From an uncultured candidatus Porisulfidus sp. (GTDB lineage Bacteria; Pseudomonadota; Gammaproteobacteria; Poriferisulfidales; Oxydemutatoraceae): DNA of 64,000 nt. Shown here piece by piece: positions 9,948-21,813 of this stretch (positions within the stretch are counted from its first letter, which is position 1; every line of letters starts with the position of its first letter). A model generated the notes under the pieces. That model made no database searches. It was given only the letters and a program-made list of their open reading frames with translations, and was not told the origin of the DNA. The translations under genes were made by a program, and so were the position numbers. The stretch spans positions 2,144,001-2,208,000 of the forward strand of contig OZ244052.1 of NCBI GenBank assembly GCA_965215125.1, written 5' to 3'.

Positions 9948-10724
9948 ATTGCTCATGCCCAGCAAATGATAGCCCGAATCTACATGTATAATTTCACCGG
10001 TGATAGCCCGCGCCAGATCGGAACATAGAAAAGCACCTACATTTCCGACTTCTTCTATAGTAACATTCCTGCCTAGCGGAGCGTTCTTTTCTACATGATT
10101 TAGCATGTCGCGAAAACCGGATATACCCGAGGCTGCCAAAGTTTTTATAGGACCTGCCGAGATCGCATTGACGCGTATCCCGTCACTGCCGAGTCCCGCT
10201 GCCAGATAGCGCACCGCAGCTTCCAGGCTGGCTTTTGCCAGACCCATTACGTTATAGTTCGGCACAACTTTTTCTGCACCTAAGTAACTCAGTGTCAGCA
10301 TCGCCGCTTCGCCGCCTTGCATCATCGTCCTCGCCCGTTGTGCCAGCGCGACCAAACTGTAGCAACTGACTTCGTGGGCGATATTAAAGCCTTGTCTGGT
10401 ACTTTGCGCTATGAATTCGCCGGTTAATTCTTCACGCGGGGCATAAGCGATGGAATGTATCAATATATCCAAACGCTGCCATTTTTGTTTCAAGTGTTTG
10501 AATAACGAGTCTATTTCGGCATCGTTTTGAGCGTCGCACGGTAGTATCGTATCGGCGTTGCATGCGTCGGCAAGTTTCTCTACTCTGCTTTTTAGTTTTT
10601 CGTTCTGATAGCTCAATGCGATATGCGCACCTTCGCGTGCCAGACTTTGGGTAATTCCCCAGGCGATAGAATGTTTGGTGGCAACTCCCGTGACCAATGC
10701 GTATTTATTTGCTAAGATACCCAC
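9936..10724 (-). CDS. fabI: Enoyl-ACP reductase
   Basis: GTG start giving MGILANKYALVTG; SIAWGI, YNVMGLAKASLE, VNAISAGPIKTLAASGI. Confidence 0.97.
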   Translation of the reverse strand: MGILANKYALVTGVATKHSIAWGITQSLAREGAHIALSYQNEKLKSRVEKLADACNADTILPCDAQNDAEIDSLFKHLKQKWQRLDILIHSIAYAPREELTGEFIAQSTRQGFNIAHEVSCYSLVALAQRARTMMQGGEAAMLTLSYLGAEKVVPNYNVMGLAKASLEAAVRYLAAGLGSDGIRVNAISAGPIKTLAASGISGFRDMLNHVEKNAPLGRNVTIEEVGNVGAFLCSDLARAITGEIIHVDSGYHLLGMSNTAD

Positions 10725-10732
10725 TGATATAT

Positions 10733-10963
10733 CTAAGGCCCGGGATTGTAGACCGAATGGTCGTGAAACCACATTCTGGCCACTTCGCGTGCGGCCGGCA
10801 GGGTTTTGATCTCTTTATAAAATTCGTCGAGCAAATCATAATCGCCGTCGAATTTTCCGGCATAAACTCTAAAATCTATACGCCCGTCCCAGGCAATCAA
10901 TATATCGGTTTCCTTATCCAGAAAAATAATTGCACCTTTTTCTAAGATTTCGCTGATGTGCAT
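10733..10963 (-). CDS. Hypothetical 76-aa protein
   Basis: Fills the gap between two same-strand genes (12 and 8 nt spacers), AGG upstream of ATG, protein-like composition. Confidence 0.65.
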   Translation of the reverse strand: MHISEILEKGAIIFLDKETDILIAWDGRIDFRVYAGKFDGDYDLLDEFYKEIKTLPAAREVARMWFHDHSVYNPGP

Positions 10964-10975
10964 TGCTTGTGTGCC

Positions 10976-12256
10976 TCAAACGCGAACCCCGGCTAGGGCT
11001 TCTCCTTCGCTCCTTGCAATGATACCGACTGCGGTAGAGTCGCTATAGACATTAACGCTAGTACGGCACATATCCAGTATTCGATCTACCGCAAGAATTA
11101 ATGCAATACCCTCTGCGGGCAAACCGACCACTCCCATGATTAGAACAATTGCGACTAGGCTTGCAGCGGGTACCCCGGCAACACCTATAGAAGTCAATAA
11201 TGCCAGCAGTACGATCGTGAATTGCGTTGCGATACTCAAATCCACTCCGTATAGCTGAGCGATGAAAATAACTGCAACACATTCGTAGAGTGCGGTTCCG
11301 TCCATGTTGATGGTGGCACCTAAAGGCATCACAAAACTTGTGACTTTTTTGGAAGCACCTACTCGATTTTGCGCACAATTCATGGTGAGCGGCAATGTCG
11401 ACGACGACGATGCCGTTGAAAAAGCCATCAGCACGGCGGGCATCATAGCCTTCAAATATAAGAACGGATTGACACGTGCGACAAGATAAAGCATCAGCGG
11501 CAAAATTATAAGAAAATGTATTGCCAGCCCGCCCAATACCGTTAGGAAAAATTGTAGTAATACCAAAAAGACTTCAAGGCCCGAGGTCATGATGACTTTG
11601 CCGACCAGAGCAAAAACCCCGTAAGGAGAGAATTTGATAACCCACAGGGTAATTTTCATCATTGTTTCATTAAAAGCACTCCAAAAATTCATCATAGAAC
11701 GTTTCAACGGTTTATTTATTCTAGTTATAAAAAAGCCGAATATCGCAGCAAAAAAGATTATGCCCAAGAGTTGTCCTTCGGAGGCAGCCATGATGATATT
11801 ACTCGGTATCATGCGCAAAAAGACACCGAATAAGCTCGATGTATCGTGCCCTTGCAATTTGCTCATTACATCCGAATGGTCGGCGGATAGGGCACCGAGT
11901 TTGTTCAAGCCGTCTTCTATGATGCCGGGTTGGAACAGGTTGACTAGAATCAATCCTACCAGTATCGATAGGGTACTGGTGACCAAGTAATAGATTATCG
12001 TTTTGGCTCCCATGCGTGCAAAGCCGTGTTCGGCTGCAATACTTGAAACTCCGACTATGATAGATGAGAAGACCAGTGGTACGACAATCATTTTTAAGGC
12101 GTTCAGGAATAGTTTTCCGAAAAAATCCAATACATCGTATATTACGATACCGAATAATTCGGTTTGTGGGGTAGTCCAAGCACCGAGTGCGGCGGCAAGA
12201 AATAAAGCTATGAATATCTGTGTATGCAGTGGTATTCTACCCGTGCTACTATTCAT
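10976..12256 (-). CDS. Dicarboxylate/amino acid:cation symporter (DAACS/GltP family)
   Basis: LKMIVVPLVF, AFSTASSSSTLP, PLGATINMDGTALY, DRILDMCRTSVNV. Confidence 0.95.
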   Translation of the reverse strand: MNSSTGRIPLHTQIFIALFLAAALGAWTTPQTELFGIVIYDVLDFFGKLFLNALKMIVVPLVFSSIIVGVSSIAAEHGFARMGAKTIIYYLVTSTLSILVGLILVNLFQPGIIEDGLNKLGALSADHSDVMSKLQGHDTSSLFGVFLRMIPSNIIMAASEGQLLGIIFFAAIFGFFITRINKPLKRSMMNFWSAFNETMMKITLWVIKFSPYGVFALVGKVIMTSGLEVFLVLLQFFLTVLGGLAIHFLIILPLMLYLVARVNPFLYLKAMMPAVLMAFSTASSSSTLPLTMNCAQNRVGASKKVTSFVMPLGATINMDGTALYECVAVIFIAQLYGVDLSIATQFTIVLLALLTSIGVAGVPAASLVAIVLIMGVVGLPAEGIALILAVDRILDMCRTSVNVYSDSTAVGIIARSEGEALAGVRV

Positions 12257-14138
12257 CCTCTTTATCTAAATCTAGGTTAATTTTTATTTCGTAGAAATCT
12301 CTTAGACTATCCAACACGGCTACCGATTCACGGTTTTCTAAGGAATACACGACAAAAGTCTTCGAGGTTTCTACACCTGCATCAATATCGAGTAATTCTA
12401 TGATAGCATTCGCGTTGTTATAGTTTTCGTCCAGCTGTAGTATTTGATAGATCGGTGGTTCATTAAGTGGTGGAATTTTATAGACTAACTCTACGATAGG
12501 GCGAGGGATGGAGGTCTCGGTTCGCGCGATATAACCGGGGTCTTCAATCGGCCATCGGTTCTGCGCTGCGATATCATCTAGACTTGTGCCGCCGGCTTTT
12601 ATCTCTTCCAGCCACGCTTCGTTGGTTGCTTGGACTTTCTGGTATGCTTGTCGGAGTATCAGATCGGTGACGATGTCTTGCATAGCTTCTTCAAACGATA
12701 ATTGACGCGACGGTTCGGAACCGGTGATACCTACGAAAAAAAATCTCTTTCCGGTTTCTACTTCGATTAAGCCGGTATTCGTTTTCCCGCCTTGTATTAT
12801 TTCTGAAATTACTGCATTCTTGACTCTGGGATCTGCCAAAATGCTTTCTTGTTTATCGAGGTCTAAAAATCCGGTACTTTGCTTGGTATATCCGTAATTA
12901 TCCCTGACTGCATCAAAAAACCCGATTTCATCTTCGAATAAGAGCAGGTCGAGGTTTTCAATTAATCCGGCATAACGAATTTCCGCCATACGGCGTTTCA
13001 TATCGCCGATTAACTCCTCACGGACTACTTCAAAGGGTTTTTGTTCGGCTTCGGTGAGATCTATTAGCTGAAAAATTTGTATACCGTATTGGGTGCGTAT
13101 CGGGCGGGTGTATTCTCCTTGTGCTAGTTGCAATACCGCACTTCTAACATCTTCGTTTTCTAGTTCTTCGGCAGTGAGCTCGGGGAGTTCACCTCCGCTT
13201 TCCGAAGTCAAGTCGTCGTCCGAGTGGTTGCGGGCGAGTTCGGAAAAGTCCGCACCTTCTTGAAGTTGTAGATAGATATCTTCGGCTTCTTCCAGTGCCT
13301 CGGTCGTACTGCGATCTTCGGTTGATATTAAAATGTGACGCAAATTGAATTTTTCGGGATACAGATAATCGTCGGAACGTTGCTCGTAATATTTTCTCGC
13401 TTCTTCATCTCCGACTGTTTGCCGTGCTTCTATTTTCGCTACATCAATTTCCAAATAATCAAATCTTGCTTTGTACGGCGATTGGTATAAGGTTTTGTTC
13501 TCTTCGTAATAAGCCTGCGCTTGTTCGGTGCTGATGCTATCGGGTTCTATAAAATAACTATAGCTAACCGGCAGATAGCGTATTTTTCTTTTTTGATCCG
13601 AGAGATGGACATAGCGTTTGCGTTCGCTCGGTAAAATGAAACTTGAGTTTTGTATTGCCGATATAAACTGCTCTTCTTTTAATACTTCTTTTTGTGCTTG
13701 CTCGAAAAGAACGGGTGTAAATCCGCTTCTAGTAAGTAGATCTCTGTAGGTTTCTGCGTCAAAGCGTTGGTTTTTCTTAAATTCCGGTCTGTTTCTAATA
13801 AATTCCGCAAGTTTCAAGTCGGTTGTCTGCAGACCATATTTATCGATCGCTATATTGAGAAGCTGTTCGCTGACTAATTCGCCTATCACCTCGGTTTTAA
13901 TTTCTTTCTCGGTGAATTGATGGTTGATTTGAGCCTGTTCCAACATTCTTTTTTTGTTGATTAAGGCTTGTTCTACTTGGAACTCGGTAATCTCTCGATT
14001 GTCAATCTCAATGGCAACAGGGGAGCTATCCAGCCCGAAGTATTGTTGTATGCCCCACAAAGCGAAGGGGATAGATATCACTATGACGATTGCATAAGCT
14101 ATCCAGCCCGTTGCTTTATCTCTAATCTTTATAAGCAT
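12249..14138 (-). CDS. ppiD: Periplasmic folding chaperone, SurA-N plus parvulin domain
   Basis: N-terminal TM (IPFALWGI), HILI...FSELARNHSDD...GGEL parvulin motif; downstream of hupB. Confidence 0.85.
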   Translation of the reverse strand: MLIKIRDKATGWIAYAIVIVISIPFALWGIQQYFGLDSSPVAIEIDNREITEFQVEQALINKKRMLEQAQINHQFTEKEIKTEVIGELVSEQLLNIAIDKYGLQTTDLKLAEFIRNRPEFKKNQRFDAETYRDLLTRSGFTPVLFEQAQKEVLKEEQFISAIQNSSFILPSERKRYVHLSDQKRKIRYLPVSYSYFIEPDSISTEQAQAYYEENKTLYQSPYKARFDYLEIDVAKIEARQTVGDEEARKYYEQRSDDYLYPEKFNLRHILISTEDRSTTEALEEAEDIYLQLQEGADFSELARNHSDDDLTSESGGELPELTAEELENEDVRSAVLQLAQGEYTRPIRTQYGIQIFQLIDLTEAEQKPFEVVREELIGDMKRRMAEIRYAGLIENLDLLLFEDEIGFFDAVRDNYGYTKQSTGFLDLDKQESILADPRVKNAVISEIIQGGKTNTGLIEVETGKRFFFVGITGSEPSRQLSFEEAMQDIVTDLILRQAYQKVQATNEAWLEEIKAGGTSLDDIAAQNRWPIEDPGYIARTETSIPRPIVELVYKIPPLNEPPIYQILQLDENYNNANAIIELLDIDAGVETSKTFVVYSLENRESVAVLDSLRDFYEIKINLDLDKEDE

Positions 14139-14174
14139 TATTCTCTAACAATGATCTGATTTTTTGTTCAAAGG

Positions 14175-14251
14175 TGGCGGAGTGGACGGGATTCGAACCC
14201 GCGACCCCCGGCGTGACAGGCCGGTATTCTAACCAGCTGAACTACCACTCC
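14175..14251 (-). tRNA. tRNA-Asp(GTC)
   Basis: GGAGTGGTAGTTCAGCTGGTTAGAATACCGGCCT-GTC-ACGCCGG...GGTTCGAATCCC...CCA. Confidence 0.97.
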
Positions 14252-14363
14252 TACAAATGCTAACCGTTGTTTCCGTATGCTTATGATAATGAATATCAAA
14301 GCAAATACCTTGTACCTCAATATCCATATCATAGCGCGTCCCTAGCTTCCCGTTCCGCTCGTT

Positions 14364-14438
<75 letters not shown>

Positions 14439-14451
14439 TTTAGTCGGATAA

Positions 14452-14721
14452 TTAGTTCAAGGCGTCTTTTAGTGCTTTACCTGCCTTAAACGAGGGTCTT
14501 TTGCTTGCGCTAATCTGAATACTCTCACCGGTTCTGGGGTTGCGTCCCATGCGAGCTTTGCTTTCGCGAACCATAAAAGTTCCAAATCCTACGATGGTTA
14601 CAGATTGACCATTTTTTAGACTTCCAGTTATTGCAGATATTGTTGCATCTAGGGCTTTAGTTGCATCGGATTTTGATAGTCCGGCACCGGCGATTGCTTC
14701 AACAAGTTCAGATTTATTCAT
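14452..14721 (-). CDS. hupB: DNA-binding protein HU
   Basis: [34 protein letters not shown]; follows lon. Confidence 0.95.
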   Translation of the reverse strand: MNKSELVEAIAGAGLSKSDATKALDATISAITGSLKNGQSVTIVGFGTFMVRESKARMGRNPRTGESIQISASKRPSFKAGKALKDALN

Positions 14722-14882
14722 TTTTGCTTAATCTCCTTATGTGATGGTTTAAATATAGTTAAAAAACGAACCCTAATTTACTTGAAGCAAAAGAGGGTTC
14801 TACGAATTATTAAGTAGCAATTTTAACAACAAAAACTTAAAAAAGTAAGGGAAATATCACAAAATTTTATAAATTTACTTGC

Positions 14883-17324
14883 TTAGTGGCTTTGAATTCC
14901 GCTCGTTTTGCCCGTTTTATTGGATATTTCTTTATCAGCGGGGATTTTTCCCGTTATTTTGTCTTTGTATTCTATCGGTATCGGGGTGTCGGTCAATGCT
15001 ATTTTTAATACCTCGTCAATCCATTGCACGGGTCGTATATCGAGTTTGCCGATGATATTTTCAGGTATTTCTTTTAAGTCTTTGCCATTTTCTTTAGGGA
15101 TAAGGACGGTCTTGATGTGTGCCCTTTGAGCAGCCAGAAGTTTTTCTTTTAAGCCTCCGATTGCCAGCACTTCGCCGCGCAATGTAATCTCGCCGGTCAT
15201 CGCTACATTTGCACGCACCGGTATTTTTGTAATTGCCGATATAATTGCAGTACAGACCGTGATACCTGCGCTGGGCCCGTCTTTGGGGGTGGCACCTTCG
15301 GGTATGTGGACATGTACATCGTGGTTTTCATGAAAGTCGGCTGCGATACCCAAAATCTCGCCGCGGCTTCGAACGATAGCCATCGCAGCTTGTACCGATT
15401 CTTTCATAACATCGCCGAGTTGACCGGTATGTGATAAGTGTCCTTTGCCCGACATAGTCGTACTTTCTACGGTCAGCAATTCACCTCCGGATTCTGTCCA
15501 CGCCAGCCCGTTGACTTGCCCGATACGATTTTCCTCATCGGCAACCCCGTAGCGGAACTTTCTCACACCTAAATAACGTTCAAGAGAACTCGGACTTACT
15601 TTTATCGGTTTTTTGGCTTTGTCTTTGCTCAAAACCAGATTTTTGACAACTTTGCGAGAGACTTTCATGATCTCTCGCTCGAGGTTGCGTACCCCGGCCT
15701 CGCGTGTGTAATAGCGTATGGTATCCAATACGGCATTTTGAGAGATTTGTATTTCTTTTGTGACCAGCCCGTTTGCTTTCATTGCCTTGGGCATTAGATA
15801 TTGCATCGCAATATTAAGCTTTTCGTCTTCGGTATAACCGGGGATTCTAATGACTTCCATACGATCTAATAACGCCGGCGGTATGTGCAGGCTATTCGCA
15901 GTGCAAACGAACATTACATCGGATAGGTCAAACTCAACTTCTAGATAATGATCCGTGAATGTAGAGTTTTGCTCGCTATCCAATACTTCGAGCAGAGCCG
16001 ATGCCGGGTCGCCTCTAAAGTCGGTTGACATTTTATCTATCTCATCTAATAAAAATAGCGGATTGCGTACGCCGATTTTCGATAGATTTTGGACGAACTT
16101 TCCGGGTTGGGCACCGATATAGGTTCTACGATGCCCGCGTATTTCGGCTTCGTCTCGGACACCGCCGAGTGCCATACGCGTAAATTTACGTCCGGTTGCG
16201 TTTGCAATCGATTTACCCAGTGAAGTTTTACCGACACCCGGCGGACCGACTAAACAAAGTATCGTGCCCTTGATTTTTTTGGTTCTCAGTTGAACCGCAA
16301 GATATTCTATAATGCGTTCTTTAACTTTCTCTAGACCGTAATGATCCTCCTCTAGGATCTTCGAAGCATCCTCCAGGCTTCTTTTGGTTCTCGATTTTTT
16401 GGTCCAAGGCATGCTTATTAACCAATCCAGATAATTACGCACTACTGCAGCTTCCGAAGACATCGGTGCCATCATATTCAGCCTACTGAGTTCTACGAGT
16501 GCCTTCTTTTCGGTATCGGCAGGCATCTGCGCTTTGGTAATTTTTTCCCGATAATTTTGTGCCTCGCTTGCAACTTCGTCTATGTCGCCGAGTTCTTTTT
16601 GTATCGCTTTCATCTGCTCGTTTAGATAGTACTCTCGTTGGCTTTTTTCCATTTGTTGTTGTACTCGACCGCGAATCCGTTTCTCCACCTTAAGGATATC
16701 GAGCTCTTCTTCTAGTAAAGCCATCAAACATTCCAGACGCTCGTATATATCGTTGATTTCCAGAATCTTTTGTTTGCTCTCTATACTCAAAGTGGTATGG
16801 GCGGCGATTGTATATGCCAACTTGTTCAAGGTTTCGGTGGTCGTGAGTGTCTGCAATACTTCGTCGGGTATTTTTTTATTAAACTTGACATATTGACTGA
16901 ATTGATTTAGAACCAGACGAGCGAGTGTTTCAATTTTTTTTGAATCATATTTGGATGTGGTTTCCAAAATATCCATTTCGGCACCTATAAACTTTTTGTC
17001 TTTGGTGTATTTAACAACGCGAGCGCGCTCGGTTCCTTCCACCAACAATTTGATCGTATCGTCGGGCAGTTTGAGTAGTTGTAAAATATTTGCCATCGTT
17101 CCGACCGTGTAGATGTCTTTGGATGAAGGCTTGTCGGTGTCGGCGTCTTTCTGGGCTATTAGCATAATCTGCTTGTTGCATTGCATCGAGAATTCAATCG
17201 CACTGATTGATTTCTTCCTCCCTATGAATAGGGGAATAACCATGTGTGGATAAACAACCACGTCGCGCAACGGCAGAACGGGTAATATCAAATCGCTATC
17301 TTTATGTTTTGTATGAGTTGCCAT
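14883..17324 (-). CDS. lon: ATP-dependent protease La
   Basis: [30 protein letters not shown]. Confidence 0.98.
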   Translation of the reverse strand: MATHTKHKDSDLILPVLPLRDVVVYPHMVIPLFIGRKKSISAIEFSMQCNKQIMLIAQKDADTDKPSSKDIYTVGTMANILQLLKLPDDTIKLLVEGTERARVVKYTKDKKFIGAEMDILETTSKYDSKKIETLARLVLNQFSQYVKFNKKIPDEVLQTLTTTETLNKLAYTIAAHTTLSIESKQKILEINDIYERLECLMALLEEELDILKVEKRIRGRVQQQMEKSQREYYLNEQMKAIQKELGDIDEVASEAQNYREKITKAQMPADTEKKALVELSRLNMMAPMSSEAAVVRNYLDWLISMPWTKKSRTKRSLEDASKILEEDHYGLEKVKERIIEYLAVQLRTKKIKGTILCLVGPPGVGKTSLGKSIANATGRKFTRMALGGVRDEAEIRGHRRTYIGAQPGKFVQNLSKIGVRNPLFLLDEIDKMSTDFRGDPASALLEVLDSEQNSTFTDHYLEVEFDLSDVMFVCTANSLHIPPALLDRMEVIRIPGYTEDEKLNIAMQYLMPKAMKANGLVTKEIQISQNAVLDTIRYYTREAGVRNLEREIMKVSRKVVKNLVLSKDKAKKPIKVSPSSLERYLGVRKFRYGVADEENRIGQVNGLAWTESGGELLTVESTTMSGKGHLSHTGQLGDVMKESVQAAMAIVRSRGEILGIAADFHENHDVHVHIPEGATPKDGPSAGITVCTAIISAITKIPVRANVAMTGEITLRGEVLAIGGLKEKLLAAQRAHIKTVLIPKENGKDLKEIPENIIGKLDIRPVQWIDEVLKIALTDTPIPIEYKDKITGKIPADKEISNKTGKTSGIQSH

Positions 17325-17381
17325 AATATACTCCGGTGTTCTCTTCTACTATTAGGGTGTAATCGTCATATTTCAAGTGAT

Positions 17382-18659
17382 TTATCCGGCCTTCTCGTAT
17401 TTTTGCCGTGATGAATCTTTATATATCAGTATCGGCGGGCTATTCCCTGCTACAACTTTCTCGTCAATGATAACTTTTGCTACATTATCCATAGAAGGTA
17501 AATCGTACATAGTATCCAATAATAGCGACTCTATGATATTGCGCAAACCGCGTGCGCCGGTGTGTTTCGCTATTGCCTTTTCGGCGATTGCACGCAATGC
17601 CTGAGGTTGAAATTCCAACTTGATATCCTCCATATTGAATAAGTATTGATATTGCTTGGTTAGCGCATTGCGAGGTTCGGTTAATATGCGAACCAGGGTC
17701 TCTTTATCCAATTCGTCCAATACCGAAAACACTGCGAGCCGACCGACGAATTCGGGTATCAAACCATAAGAGATTAAATCCTTAGATTCAACTTGGGCTA
17801 AGAGATGCGCAAGTGTTTCGGTGTCTTGAGGTTTACGAATGTCTGCCGAGAAACCGATGCTACTTTTGTCGGTACGTTGCTGTATCACTCGATCCAATCC
17901 GGCAAATGCGCCGCCACAGATAAACAATATATTCTGTGTATTGATTTGTATAAGCTCTTGTTGAGGGTGTTTGCGCCCGCCGTGTGGTGGTATTCCGGCG
18001 ATAGTGCCTTCTATTAGTTTGAGTAAGGCTTGCTGCACGCCTTCGCCCGAGACATCCCGAGTAATCGAGGGATTATCGGACTTGCGAGAGATTTTATCTA
18101 TTTCGTCTATATAAATGATTCCTTGCTGTGCTCTCCCGATATCGTGATCGCACGATTGCAACAGCCTGTAGATGATGTTTTCTACATCTTCTCCGACATA
18201 ACCCGCCTCGGTCAGAGTCGTTGCATCGGTAATAGCGAAGGGCACATTCAATATCCGCGCAAGCGTTTGGGCAAGTAGAGTTTTGCCACAACCGGTAGGA
18301 CCGATTAGCAGAATGTTACTTTTGGAAATTTCTACATCGTTATCGGTGTTTTTCTGTCGTAGACGTTTGTAGTGGTTATAAACCGCAACCGATAAAACTT
18401 TTTTTGCATAGTCTTGACCGATGACATATTGATCCAGGGTGTTCTTAATTTCTTGGGGTTTAGGAATTTTTTCGGTGTCACGAAAAGGAATGTTTTTTTC
18501 CTCCGTCAATAAGTCGTTGCATAACTCTATGCATTCGTTGCAGATATAAATTGATGGACCGGCTATGAGCCGATCTACCTCTCGCTGACTTTTGCCACAG
18601 AAAGAACAATGTATAGACTTGCTTCGGGAGTTACTACTTTTTTTAACATGTCTAGCCAT
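17382..18659 (-). CDS. clpX: Clp protease ATP-binding subunit ClpX
   Basis: CSFCGKS zinc finger, [25 protein letters not shown] loop; ATG 18659 preferred. Confidence 0.98.
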   Translation of the reverse strand: MARHVKKSSNSRSKSIHCSFCGKSQREVDRLIAGPSIYICNECIELCNDLLTEEKNIPFRDTEKIPKPQEIKNTLDQYVIGQDYAKKVLSVAVYNHYKRLRQKNTDNDVEISKSNILLIGPTGCGKTLLAQTLARILNVPFAITDATTLTEAGYVGEDVENIIYRLLQSCDHDIGRAQQGIIYIDEIDKISRKSDNPSITRDVSGEGVQQALLKLIEGTIAGIPPHGGRKHPQQELIQINTQNILFICGGAFAGLDRVIQQRTDKSSIGFSADIRKPQDTETLAHLLAQVESKDLISYGLIPEFVGRLAVFSVLDELDKETLVRILTEPRNALTKQYQYLFNMEDIKLEFQPQALRAIAEKAIAKHTGARGLRNIIESLLLDTMYDLPSMDNVAKVIIDEKVVAGNSPPILIYKDSSRQKYEKAG

Positions 18660-18810
18660 AACAAGGTTTATTATATTCATCGGTTGTGATATGGCAATAT
18701 GTATTCGCACACGCCGTAATTTCATTATAATGCGGAAATATGTTATACTTCATCACTCATTAACTTATTAGGAGATTATATATGCATAGTATTGCTAAAC
18801 GGGTTTTTGT

Positions 18811-19593
18811 ATGCCCGAACTAACCATCAAGCAGCTCTTTGATGCGGGCGCACACTTGGGGCATCGGCCGCGTTTTTGGAATCCGAAATTCGCCCCATAT
18901 CTATACGGAAAACACAACGGTATTCACATCATCAATTTAGATAAAACTTTGCCGATGTTCAAAGAGGCACTGAAATTTATCTCCGAAATGGTATCCAAAG
19001 GCGGCAAAATACTTTTTGTAGGTACCAAAAGGGCGGCATCCGATTCTGTAGAGCAAGAAGCAAACCGATGCGGTATGCCTTATGTACACGTACATTGGTT
19101 GGGTGGATTTTTAACCAATTACAAGACCGTTCAAAATTCAATCAAGGAATTTAATAAACTCAAAGTACAAATAGAAAACAACGCCTTCAGTGGTTTGAAT
19201 AAAAAAGAAAGCCGACAAATCCAGCGCAAATTTGAAAAATCAAGCCGTGATTTTGAAGGCATCTGCAATTTGACTTCACCCCCCGATGCCTTGTTCGTTA
19301 TCGACATCGCTTATGAGGAAATTGCCATAAAAGAAGCGAGAAAATTAAATATCCCGATTGTCGCAATCGTCGATACCAACAATACGACCGAAGGCATAGA
19401 TTATCCCATTCCGGCCAACGACGATGCAATGAGTTCGATCAGACTGTATACTCGGCTGGTTGCCGATACCGTATTGGAAGGCATTGCAAAAGCCGAGGAG
19501 GCGGCTGCGGAAGAGGCTGCATCACCGTTATTCATAAAAGGCGATGCCGTCGTCGTAGAGGAAGAAAGCGTAGCAATTGCGCAAACCGAATAA
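18811..19593 (+). CDS. rpsB: 30S ribosomal protein S2
   Basis: AGAHLGH..RFWNPK, ILFVGTK, WLGGFLTN, IPANDD. Confidence 0.97.
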   Translation: MPELTIKQLFDAGAHLGHRPRFWNPKFAPYLYGKHNGIHIINLDKTLPMFKEALKFISEMVSKGGKILFVGTKRAASDSVEQEANRCGMPYVHVHWLGGFLTNYKTVQNSIKEFNKLKVQIENNAFSGLNKKESRQIQRKFEKSSRDFEGICNLTSPPDALFVIDIAYEEIAIKEARKLNIPIVAIVDTNNTTEGIDYPIPANDDAMSSIRLYTRLVADTVLEGIAKAEEAAAEEAASPLFIKGDAVVVEEESVAIAQTE

Positions 19594-19609
19594 GGCGGTA
19601 TAAAGTCTT

Positions 19610-20488
19610 ATGAATGTTACAGCTGTGATGATCAAGCAACTGCGAGAAGCGACCGGTGCCGGTATGATGGAATGTAAAAGGGCTCTGGTGGAAGCCGAAG
19701 GCGATAGCGATGTTGCAATCGAGATACTGCGTAAATCGGGTCAGGCTAAAGCAGCCAAAAAATCGTCTAGGGTTGCAGCAGAAGGCTTGATCGTTATTCG
19801 CACTTCTCCCGACCACGAAACGGCAACATTGTTGGAAGTTAACTGCGAGACCGATTTTGTTGCCAAAGATAAACAGTTTAGTGAATTTTGTGGCATTGTT
19901 GCAGATGCCACCCTGAATACTTCGGTCAACACGATAGCGGACTTGGAGGATTTCACCGACGCAACGGCGAAGATAAAAGATTTGTGCTTATCGCTGACTG
20001 CGAAACTCGGTGAGAATATAAAAATCAGACGTTTTGATAAGCTAAACCGGCAAGGTGATATACTGGCGAGTTATAATCACGGCAATCGCATCGGCGTGCT
20101 GGTTGATATGGAGGGCGGTGATGCCGAAGTTGCTAAAGATATTGCAATGCATATTGCAGCCGGCAAACCACTTTGCATAAACGAGCAACAAGTGCCGTCC
20201 GAACTGCTTGCTAAGGAGCGGGAGATTTTAACCGAACAAACCAAACAAAGCGGTAAACCCGACCATCTAATAGATAAAATCGTAGCAGGAAAATTACAGA
20301 AATATCTAAACGAGATAACACTTTTAGGACAAGCTTTTGTTAAAGATGTGGATCAAACGGTTGCGCAAAAACTTAAAGCCCATTCGGCTTCTATTCAAGG
20401 TTTTTTGCGTTATGAGATTGGTGAAGGCATAGAACGTCAACAGGAAAATTTTGCCGAAGAAGTAATGGCACAAGTTAATCAAGGTTAA
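19610..20488 (+). CDS. tsf: Elongation factor Ts
   Basis: LREATGAGMMECKRAL, EVNCETDFVAK. Confidence 0.98.
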   Translation: MNVTAVMIKQLREATGAGMMECKRALVEAEGDSDVAIEILRKSGQAKAAKKSSRVAAEGLIVIRTSPDHETATLLEVNCETDFVAKDKQFSEFCGIVADATLNTSVNTIADLEDFTDATAKIKDLCLSLTAKLGENIKIRRFDKLNRQGDILASYNHGNRIGVLVDMEGGDAEVAKDIAMHIAAGKPLCINEQQVPSELLAKEREILTEQTKQSGKPDHLIDKIVAGKLQKYLNEITLLGQAFVKDVDQTVAQKLKAHSASIQGFLRYEIGEGIERQQENFAEEVMAQVNQG

Positions 20489-20518
20489 GATTCGCTATAC
20501 ACATAGTGATAAACCATC

Positions 20519-21250
20519 ATGGAAACGGAAGCGCAATCGAACAAAGTAAACTTGCGCATCGTATTAAAGCTTAGCGGCGAGATACTTTCGAACACCGACG
20601 GTTATGGAATAGGGATAGCGGCATTAAATCAACTCGTTGACGAGATTAAATTACTACACGAAGAGAAAGTTGAATTAGCTTTGGTGATAGGTGGAGGCAA
20701 TATTATCCGCGGCGAGGCTTTTGCTGCCGGCGGCACCGCTCGGACTACCGCAGACTATATGGGGATGTTGGTGACTGTCGTTAATGCGTTGGCACTGCAA
20801 GACGCCCTGGAGAAAAAGCGTATCAACACGCGTGTGGTTTCGGCGATTAAGATGGATGAAGTATGCGAAAGTTATATACGCCGCCGCGCGATACGCCATT
20901 TAGAGAAAGGTCGGATTGTTATATTTGCAGCCGGAACCGGAAACCCTTTTTTTACTACCGATACGGCGGCAAGTCTCAGAGCGGTTGAAATAGATGCGGA
21001 TATCTTATGCAAAGCAACCAAGGTAGACGGCGTATACGATACCGACCCGAAGCAAAACCCCGACGCTAAATTGTATAAAAAGCTGAGCTACGACGAAGCG
21101 TTATCTAGAAATTTAGCGATTATGGATGCAACTGCGATCGTTTTATGCAAAGAAAATAAAATACCGATACGTGTATTTAATATGAAAGCACGCGGTATGT
21201 GTAGAAAAATTATCGAAGACGAGAGTGTCGGAACTCTGATTAGTGGATGA
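20519..21250 (+). CDS. pyrH: Uridylate kinase
   Basis: LKLSGE, GGGNIIRG, GTGNPFFTTD. Confidence 0.98.
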   Translation: METEAQSNKVNLRIVLKLSGEILSNTDGYGIGIAALNQLVDEIKLLHEEKVELALVIGGGNIIRGEAFAAGGTARTTADYMGMLVTVVNALALQDALEKKRINTRVVSAIKMDEVCESYIRRRAIRHLEKGRIVIFAAGTGNPFFTTDTAASLRAVEIDADILCKATKVDGVYDTDPKQNPDAKLYKKLSYDEALSRNLAIMDATAIVLCKENKIPIRVFNMKARGMCRKIIEDESVGTLISG

Positions 21251-21254
21251 AACG

Positions 21255-21806
21255 ATGGATATTATAGACGACACCAAAGCCAAAATGGAGAAAAGTATCG
21301 ATTCGTTAAGGACTGACTTGACAAAAATCAGGACCGGGCGAGCACACCCGAGCCTGCTGGATCATATTACGGTGGAATACTACGGTTCTAAAACACCGAT
21401 CAACCAAATCTCCAGCATTACTACCGAAGATGCAAGGACATTAACCCTTAAGATTTGGGAAAAAGAGAATATCGGTGCCGTCGAAAAAGCAATCTCAAGC
21501 GCAAATCTAGGACTCAATCCGGTTGTCAAAGGAAATGTGATACGCGTACCGATGCCGCAACTTAACGAAGAACGACGCAAAGAACTGAATAAAATCGTTA
21601 GACAATACGGCGAAACCGCCAAGATCGCAATACGCAATATCCGCCGTGATATCAACCAACAATTAAAACAGCAGACCAAAGATAAGGAAATCAGTCAAGA
21701 CGAAGAACAAGCGTTTCATGCACGCATCGAGAAATTAACCGCCGATTATGTCAAACAAATAGACCATTTATTGGGGCAGAAAGAAAAAGAATTAATGGAG
21801 ATTTAG
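21255..21806 (+). CDS. frr: Ribosome recycling factor
   Basis: IRTGRAHP, LGLNP, IRNIRRD. Confidence 0.97.
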   Translation: MDIIDDTKAKMEKSIDSLRTDLTKIRTGRAHPSLLDHITVEYYGSKTPINQISSITTEDARTLTLKIWEKENIGAVEKAISSANLGLNPVVKGNVIRVPMPQLNEERRKELNKIVRQYGETAKIAIRNIRRDINQQLKQQTKDKEISQDEEQAFHARIEKLTADYVKQIDHLLGQKEKELMEI

Positions 21807-21813
21807 ACCTAAA

